From assembly GCA_001687465.1 (NCBI GenBank), contig LVLI01000263.1, positions 124,001-166,476 of the forward strand: a DNA stretch of 42,476 bases, given 5' to 3'. Positions 33,215-42,476 of this stretch are shown here, piece by piece. Below the pieces are notes generated by a model, which worked only from the letters and a program-made list of their open reading frames with translations, was not told the origin of the DNA and made no database searches. The DNA is from Halocafeteria seosinensis (lineage: Eukaryota). How positions within the stretch are numbered: position 1 is the first letter of the stretch; the number at the start of each line of letters is the position of its first letter. The position numbers and the translations under genes are program-made.

Positions 33215-34346
33215 CTACCGGCCTACTTTTCCCGCGGCGGTATTTGTCTTCGGGTCAGCTGTATACGCCTGTAACGTGATGAGTATGTCGTTTGCGGCGT
33301 CCTGAAGTTCGCGTAAATCGGATATATAGAGCATTCGGAGGATAGACGCCGCCTTATTCACAAGTTTATCTGTAAGAGAAATAGTTTTGTCCGAGGGCAA
33401 CCAAGCAGAGCCGAAAGATACAAACACCTACCGTGTGTATCCAAACCGGGGGGAAACACTTTAGGATCCGCATCCGAAAATGTAGCTTCTTCGTCAATTG
33501 CAGCCTTTACGGGCTCGCCTTCAGTGGTTATGACACTTAGAATTCGCTGACGGATAACTCTTCCAGCCTCTTGGAGGACAGGGAGTGCCTCACTCGCCTG
33601 TATTTCATTGTTTTGGAGCGCTTCAGCGCGCGTAAGTTTCAAAAGATCTGCTAGTTCTCTAAGTTTCTCTTTGCTTGTGGAATCTAATTTGGTATCTCGA
33701 TCTTCTTTTTCCTGGGCTTCAGCGCTCCTTTTAGTTTGCTCCGCGGTTTGATTGTTTAATTCGTCCTCAATCTGTAGGCTGTGAGCCTTGGCAATTACAT
33801 TCTTAGGATGCCTTGAGAGTTCCTCGCATTTTACATTAATCGATTCACCTGTACCACGAGCAAAAACCACAATTTCTTTTTTAGCATCAGGGCTGTTAAG
33901 GCTGTCTTTTTATCCTTCTTACCGCTATCTTCAAATTGCAAGCCGATGGCCTGGTTGATCAGCCAGTGTAAATACTTCGGCATGTTGTCCATGTTGAGCC
34001 TATCATTATGCAGGAAAGGGCATTTGTTCGAAAGCAAATATTGACGAAACGATTCCTGCCACTGCTCATCGTTCGTTCTTAGTCTCACACGCTCGTCTAT
34101 AGGCCATTTTCTTATTTGTTTGTCCTCAAGCCATGATACTACGCGCACCGCGTCATTTTGTTCTGCAGTCATACGCCCGAAACGACAGGCTATCAACCAT
34201 CTCAGAGGTACTGTTCTTAGAGATCATTGCTTACGTATAACAGGCTCTGCTACCCTTGTGAACGCTCTTAACTCGTCGGGACAACCCAGAATACGAAGCC
34301 TCCTATCCAATGCCTCCATAGGCCGAGGGACTGACCTACCAGACAT
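33215..34346 (-). CDS. RTRAF: RNA transcription, translation and transport factor (C14orf166/CGI-99, RLL family; tRNA ligase complex), 3 introns
   Basis: LDRRLRILG, VVSWLEDKQIRKWPIDER..LR, WLINQAIGLQFED, FPPGLDT, AASILRMLYISDLRELQ...LQAYTADPKTNTAAGKVGR*. Confidence 0.9.
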
Positions 34347-34860
34347 ATTAAGGTGCAAGCACTGCAGCGTATACAATACGTTTGATATGATGTCAATTAT
34401 CAACAATATACCAGCAATACCGACAGGTAGTACATGTATACCAGCATGTATTGACAGTATTGTACGATCATCATGTGAAGTCCATTGTGAACCTTAATTC
34501 CACGAGATAACCGAACAACTCACAGCTGTGTATGCGCATGTAAGACCACGAACATGGGTTGGAACAGTCGCGGAGCAAACTGTGCGAACCGAACTAAGAT
34601 CAGCTGCTTACCTGCACCGTACCGGGTGAAATGAACTGCAAGCTTTTTTTATTGCGACTGTCGAAACATGGAGTGTTTTGATCAATAATATGCGAAACAC
34701 TCAGGGGCTAGTCACTCCCGATGAGTACTACCGGTGTTGTGTGTATCTAAGGCCCACCCGCAAATGTTCGTACCCCTCCATTAACAGATTTAGAAAATGG
34801 TAGGCAGGTGTCTGTAACGTATTCAGCTACACTGTACAATTCCTGTGTTGTGCACTTCCA

Positions 34861-35190
34861 CCCACGTCGTCTGGTGAGACGTCAAGCCCCGGTTCGCTGT
34901 AAAGGAGTTCCAACTTCTCGCAGCGCTTCTAGTTAGTTACACACACAAATGCGACAGATAGCCCACCGGCCGGGAAGTTGACCGCATCCTCTTAACGAGG
35001 AGCGGTATGCGCGTGTTACTAGTTAGTTACTCCATAGGAATCTGCTTGCTGGAAGCGGCGAGGGGCAAGTTCATTCAACCTCTTCGAGTCAATTGCCATG
35101 ACATTACGCATATATTCCTTGGTAGTCATGATAAGCTCATGGTATATGCAACAATCAAGTTGGTTGTGAAATAGGGAAGACGACCTGCCT
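34861..35190 (-). pseudogene. Isolated, decayed C-terminal fragment of DEAH helicase PRP22/DHX8
   Basis: SSSLFHNQLDCCIYHELIMTTKEYMRNVMAIDSKRLNELAPRRFQQAD...TN*KRCEKLELLY, then after a frameshift GA*RLTRRRG. This parallels the DHX8 C-terminus (HELVLTTKEYMR..WLVEFAP..LEPLY..AWR). It has in-frame stops, a frameshift, an insertion and no helicase core. Confidence 0.8.
34929..35030 (-). mobile_element. 78-nt insertion (34941-35018) flanked by a perfect 12-bp target-site duplication CTAGTTAGTTAC; probable 5'-truncated non-LTR retroelement 3' end
   Basis: Direct repeats at 34929-34940 and 35019-35030. The insert matches 42410-42476 in reverse complement, contains a hairpin and ends in TTTGTGTGT on the minus strand. 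Confidence 0.75.
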
Positions 35191-35948
35191 GATCCGATAT
35201 TTGTGCAAGCACCGAGCATGGCAACGTCGTTGCATGTATATCGTGCTAACCGTGAGTCCAACGATATGAGACTTTCTCCCGTGATCCGCTATTTCCTTTT
35301 CTTATGAGACACCTTACGAGAAGTGGTCAATTTACAAGAGGAATACGACAATGATATCCGTATCTTTCCACATAACGGGGATCGGCATGCGTAGAGTTCT
35401 GCGTCCACCCGGGAATCCAGGACACGCACGGGCGCGGCGCCGTCGGTTGAGGCGGTCGCAGCCTCAGCTTCTCGCTCGCAACAGTACGAGAAAGTCACGC
35501 GATTTGGGGGCATCAACCCAATGCAGAGGAATGAACGAATTGGGTGGGAAATAACAGATTTCGTAACGCATCGAGGTTCTGCTTAGGGTGTATAGACTGC
35601 TCTGTTAACACCGGCGACCTTCGCAACGGAAAACCTACCAGCCGAGTGCCGAGTTACCTTCCCTTCCACCATCTGACTAGAGGTCAAGAGTCTTATAAAT
35701 CAACTGTAAGTATGTCAATGGGCCGCTGCAATCTGCTTGTACTCTTATGTGGAGGTGTCGAAGCTAAAACATGGAACACCAATGTGTCACGTCGGCATTG
35801 ATTGCGAGAGGCTGTGGATCTCGGATTTGACGCCAATACGTGTATTGGCAGGACCAAGACCATATCTCTCTGAGTTGCTTTGTTCATAAAATTCTTCTTT
35901 TCACTATCTTCTTTGCAGCTCACTCGTAGGGCGCAGAAGTGCATAAGA

Positions 35949-38803
35949 ATGGGGTGCTCCTCCTCGAAAACCGCGCCGGAAGATTCCAAACATACAGACG
36001 ACCGCAATACGGACGAGCCCACAGTAAGAACTGATATAGTTACTAATTGGGGAAGTAGCGTGTAATCGTAATCATATTCGACTTTCGCAGTCGCCCAGAC
36101 ATGTCAAGCACGTGGATGTGAACAAGGAAAAGATACATGAACCAAAGCCAAAGTCGGCTTCCAGTAACAGGAAAGCTGTAACGTAAGAACTGAAGTGTGT
36201 ATATCTGAACTGTGCCATGAATTTCACCTGATGACATCCCTGTGGAAAACTTGTACAGCGCTGAATCATATGATACGTTCGCACGGAAAGTTGGAGAGGA
36301 AGCGGAAGCGAGAACTAATGCTGATATTGAAGCCGCTCAGCATGCCCTTCATGCTCGCGAGGATACAATACCAGAAGACGGTGCAGCGGAGGAGCATAAA
36401 AAGGATGACGCACACATTGAAAACGAGGAAAACAAAGCTCCGCCAAAAGACGAACAGACGCTCGAGATACTCCATCACGCCATCCGCAGCTGCTTCATTT
36501 TCAATGGTCTAACCAGAACCGAGGAGGATAGTATCGTTGCCGCCATGCATCCTCACAGGGTACCTGAGTCGGAAGTAGATACCAGTCTTTCCGACACATA
36601 TTTCGTATGCACCGAAGGGCAACTCTTCGTGACATCTGGCTCAACGGAAGAGACGCTAAATCCTGGTGATTCGTTTGGAGAACTATCATTGCTCTACAAA
36701 ACCACCGCTCAAGTCAAGATTGAGGCCAATACAGAAAGCATAGTATACTTTCTAGAGCGTGAGAGCTACAAGAAAGTTATTGTATCCGCATCTGCCAAAT
36801 CAATCAAGGAGAACTATGCCTTCTTGAAGCGGTAAGTCCGTTCTGACCGTGGAGCCATGTCGCACGTTACAAGCGCTTTTGTATCTGTTTGCAGAGTGAA
36901 TATGTTTAAAGATCTTCCGGACGAAAAGCTGTATCAGCTAGCAGAGGCTGTTGACCGGGAATCGTTTGAAACGGGACAGAGTATTGTAGAACAGGGAGAA
37001 GAAGGGTCTATGTTCTATTTAATTGCAGGCCCTAAACGTACAGCTCAGGTAGGTGATGATGGATGTTATTCGGGCCCCCCTCTGTTAACATTGTTTAAGA
37101 ATGTTGTTTTGTCCTTCAGGTTCAAGTACTCAAGACATACGACGACGGAACAACGATGGAAATTATGCGCCTAGGAGTGGGTTCGTATTTTGGAGAGCAG
37201 GCACTGCTGAACGATGCTCCGCGAGCGGCAACTGTGAAAACTGCGACGCCAGTCCAGTGTCTTCAGCTCGAGAGATCAAAATTCAAAGACTTATTGGGTA
37301 AGTCATTTCCTGTCCCGCTTTTTGCATCTGTATTCACCTTTCGTATCAACTGGGTTCAGGTGACTTAGAAGAAAGCATGCGAGAACAGCATTCGAAACGC
37401 GAAAAGCGAGAGATGAAGAGAATTCAGTCCAGTGGTTCAGGAATGTGGAAGTCTAGTACTCCTCGCGGTTCTCCAAGAGCCAAGAAGACGTTCAGCTCCG
37501 AGGAAATGAAGAAGACTCACAGCTCAGAATCAATGAAAAACAACACGCACTCAAAACTGGTTGATGGTGAAGCTTCAAGTGAGAATGCAGTGCGCCGCGC
37601 TGCGACTGTGCCGCAGCTTCGCACCGATATTTCTTTAGATCGGCTGCAACGCTTCAATGTCATCGGGGAAGGGGCTTTTGGGAACGTGCACTTGGTCAAG
37701 CATATAGACACGGGAGAAGTGTTCGCTGCTAAACAAATGCAAAAGGTTAAAGTTGTTGAAACCAAGCAGAAGAAAAACGTGATTAACGAAAAGCGCATTA
37801 TGGCGATGATAGATCATCCCTTCGTAAGTACATGTATTCTGGTGAGCTTCTGGGCACTCAGCCACATTTGCGGGGAAGTTCCTTTTCAGGTAATCCGCCT
37901 TCACCAAACTCTCAAAGACAAGAACAATTTATTTTTGATATTAGAGTATCTAGGAGCAGGAGATATGTTCAGCGTCATTATGAATAATGGCGGTAGATTC
38001 AGCGAAAATGTTTCGCGTTTTTATGCAGCAATTGCCGTGACGGTTTTGGGCTACATACACCAGAAGAAAATTCTGTATCGGTAAGTGGCACTTGGTCTGT
38101 TTCTTGACTCGTCTAAGAGAACACCACCTTCTTTCAAACCCAGTGACCTGAAACCAGAAAATATGGTATTTGACGCTGATGGTTATTACAAATTTGTGGA
38201 TTTTGGCTTTGCCAAGATCGTCAATCATAAGACGTTCACGCTCTGTGGCACACCGGAATATTTAGCCCCTGAGCTTGTCCAAGGAAGGGGCCATCATAAG
38301 GGTGTAGACTATTGGGCCCTGGGTATTCTAATTTTTGAGATGCTAGCCGGCTATTCGCCGTTTGCGGACCACAAGAACAATGACCAGCTTCAAATTTACA
38401 AGAACATATTGCGGGGCAAGTTGCGATTTCCTCGCTCAATAAAGAGTCGGGGCGCTCAGGACTTAATCGGTCGGTTGCTTAAGCCAAATCCTGCAGAAAG
38501 ACTTGGATGCCTCAAAGGGGGAGCTGAGGACATCAAGGCTCATGAATGGTTTGAGAATTTAGAGTGGCAGAAGCTGTATAGGAAAGAATTGCCGGCGCCA
38601 CTTCCAATAAAAGCTAAGCAGCCAAAGTTTGATCCGAAGAGAGCCGCAGCCCCAGGAGACTTTGGTAGAGCGAAGTCATACACGTGAGTGATACTCAACT
38701 CTATTAACCTTAACAAATACAATCCTACTTGGTGTGTATGCTATTTCGGTATAACTTTGAAACTTGCAGTGATGATGGAAGCGGGTGGGATCAGGAGTTC
38801 TAG
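35949..38803 (+). CDS. N-acylated single-chain cyclic-nucleotide-dependent protein kinase (two cNMP-binding domains + AGC kinase; PKG architecture), ~8 introns
   Basis: MGCSSSK N-terminus, spliced pseudosubstrate NRKAVTAES, GDSFGELSLLY, GSYFGEQALLNDAPRAATVK, kinase GEGAFGNV..YR/DLKPEN..DFGFAK..TFTLCGTPEYLAPE, and C-terminal DDGSGWDQEF*. Confidence 0.9.
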
Positions 38804-38811
38804 AGACATGG

Positions 38812-41180
<2,369 letters not shown>

Positions 41181-41447
41181 TCAAGCTTAACAGCGCTAAC
41201 TTGTACCTACCTTGAGCTACACAGACCTCTTCCTTTGCAAAGGGATTTAAACGCAAAATACTACTCTAAACTGAATCGCGAAGCCAACGTAACGATGTAC
41301 ACTAACAACCCATTCACTCGTCGGTACACTGCTGCTGTCCATGGGAGGTGAGACCTGCCATGCTGCAGTACCGCAGGTTGGTCGCCATATGAAACGCGGA
41401 TAATACTACTGCACACCGTAAAACAAAGATAATCTTGGTATCTTGTT

Positions 41448-41471
41448 CCTGGAGCCTGGAGCCTGGAGCCT
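41448..41471. repeat. Short tandem repeat (CCTGGAG)3 in non-coding DNA
   Basis: cctggag cctggag cctggag cct. Confidence 0.85.
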
Positions 41472-42029
41472 ACAGGCTGTAAGTGTTGACTCCCTCGAAG
41501 AAATATCACGCTCGCGAGCAATGATCAGTCGTGCACAGTTACCATTGACGGGATAGGACGTTGTTCGCTCTTTCCGACACAACAGTTGGAGTGCTCCCAT
41601 AAAAAAGTTTGAGCAACACATAAAAAGACCGATGCTGCGGCGCTGTTCTCTCACTCGTCGTTTTCTAAGGAGCAGTCCACTGGGTAGTAAATGGGACTAA
41701 GTGTCACCAACGGGCCGCTGGTCACTGACACAAACGCTGCAACTAAAGAGATGGGATATGTTCAATTCGTTTGATAGTGACTTCGGAAAGTTTATTAGGA
41801 GTCGTAGTTTAACTGATTAGGCAGTTTACCTCTTTTTAGTTGTATTCTGGCGTGTCTACAGAAGTCAGCATTGCTCCTAGGTATTCGTCTGGTATGAGAA
41901 GACCAGTGACTTAGTGAGTTGAATCCAAGAGTATCTCTACTGTTTATTCGAGAATTCTCTGGTTAGTGTGATAAGCGAGGTTAGTGCATGTGTCATGTTA
42001 GTAGCCCTTTGGCGCGTCGCAGCCACGGT

Positions 42030-42476
42030 GGACAATGAATGGCCGAGAAGCAGCTCTATCCATCCAAGCAATGCACTCCCAGTGGACAAAGAGTCATGCC
42101 ATACTACGTGATCACACATCCACACAGAGGATGAGGATGTGGGCATTCAAGGTCCGGTCTTCTTGGTTTAACACGGTGGAGATTCTCGAGTCATTTTGCC
42201 AGCAGCATCGCTTCGAAGTCGCATAATACCAATTTCGGGTTGTTTCCCGGAATCAAACGAAGACGCGCTGTCTCTCTTCTCTGAACGTGCCACCGGAGAG
42301 CTGCTGGTACCAGTAGCAGTAGAACATGTGCCTCCTGAGCTTAACCAGTGCTGTGTTCCCTCACGGCGCATGTCAGCAAGGCTGCAGGAACAGCGGGCCC
42401 GTCGCTGCTTAACACGGGCGCATACCGCTCCTCGTTAAGAGGATGTGGTCAACTTCCCGGCCGGTGGGCTATCTGT
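42030..42476 (+). mobile_element. Decayed 3' end of a probable non-LTR retrotransposon (RLE/CRE-like), running off the window edge
   Basis: The last 67 nt match the TSD-flanked insertion at 34954-35018. Broken frames contain LLVPVAVEH and RRMSARLQEQRARRCL, weakly resembling the FVPLAVET..RISVALQRGNA C-terminus of RLE-type elements. The left boundary is not defined. Confidence 0.45.

Noticed and set aside
7242..34346. Functional cluster of Pol II/RNA-processing genes (RBM26-like, TFIIS-like, RPAP2, ZMAT2, RTRAF)
   Set aside because: They are interspersed with unrelated genes on both strands, which is expected by chance in a gene-dense eukaryotic genome.
34981..35023. Helitron 3' end (hairpin, 12 nt, then CTAG|T)
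   Set aside because: The CTAG belongs to the duplicated target site and is absent from the second copy; Helitrons do not make 12-bp TSDs.
35289..35801. GC-rich short ORFs upstream of the kinase as a gene or transposon relic
   Set aside because: The frames are broken and no family is recognisable, so a call cannot be supported.
23092..38803. An NO-cGMP pathway linking the FIST receptor with the PKG-like kinase
   Set aside because: The genes are 10 kb apart with unrelated genes between, there is no cyclase in the window, and the kinase pocket looks cAMP-type.

Overview
Compact, gene-dense nuclear DNA of a microbial eukaryote (standard code, mostly 50-80 nt GT-AG introns; probably a heterotrophic protist, possibly stramenopile-like, but taxonomy is uncertain). 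About 19 protein genes were built by manual splicing. Conserved genes: LCMT1 (partial), mS38/COX24, COA4, RBM26/27-like, bacterial-type FabI, RPAP2, ZMAT2/Snu23, an aldo-keto reductase, two tandem OAC1/SLC25A35-like carriers, RTRAF, a single-chain cyclic-nucleotide kinase and glutathione reductase. The most notable locus is largely invisible in the ORF track: an 8-intron gene (23092-26232) fusing a class C (GABA-B-like) 7TM domain to a cytoplasmic bacterial-type FIST/NosP sensor module. Other unusual architectures are a TFIIS-central-domain + F-box + TFIIS-like zinc ribbon protein and a mucin-like type I membrane protein carrying its own beta-adaptin appendage platform domain. A PRP22/DHX8 pseudogene fragment is interrupted by a 78-nt insertion with a perfect 12-bp target-site duplication, and the insertion matches the end of a decayed retroelement-like sequence at the window edge. 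All family assignments come from motif recognition by eye, not from database searches.
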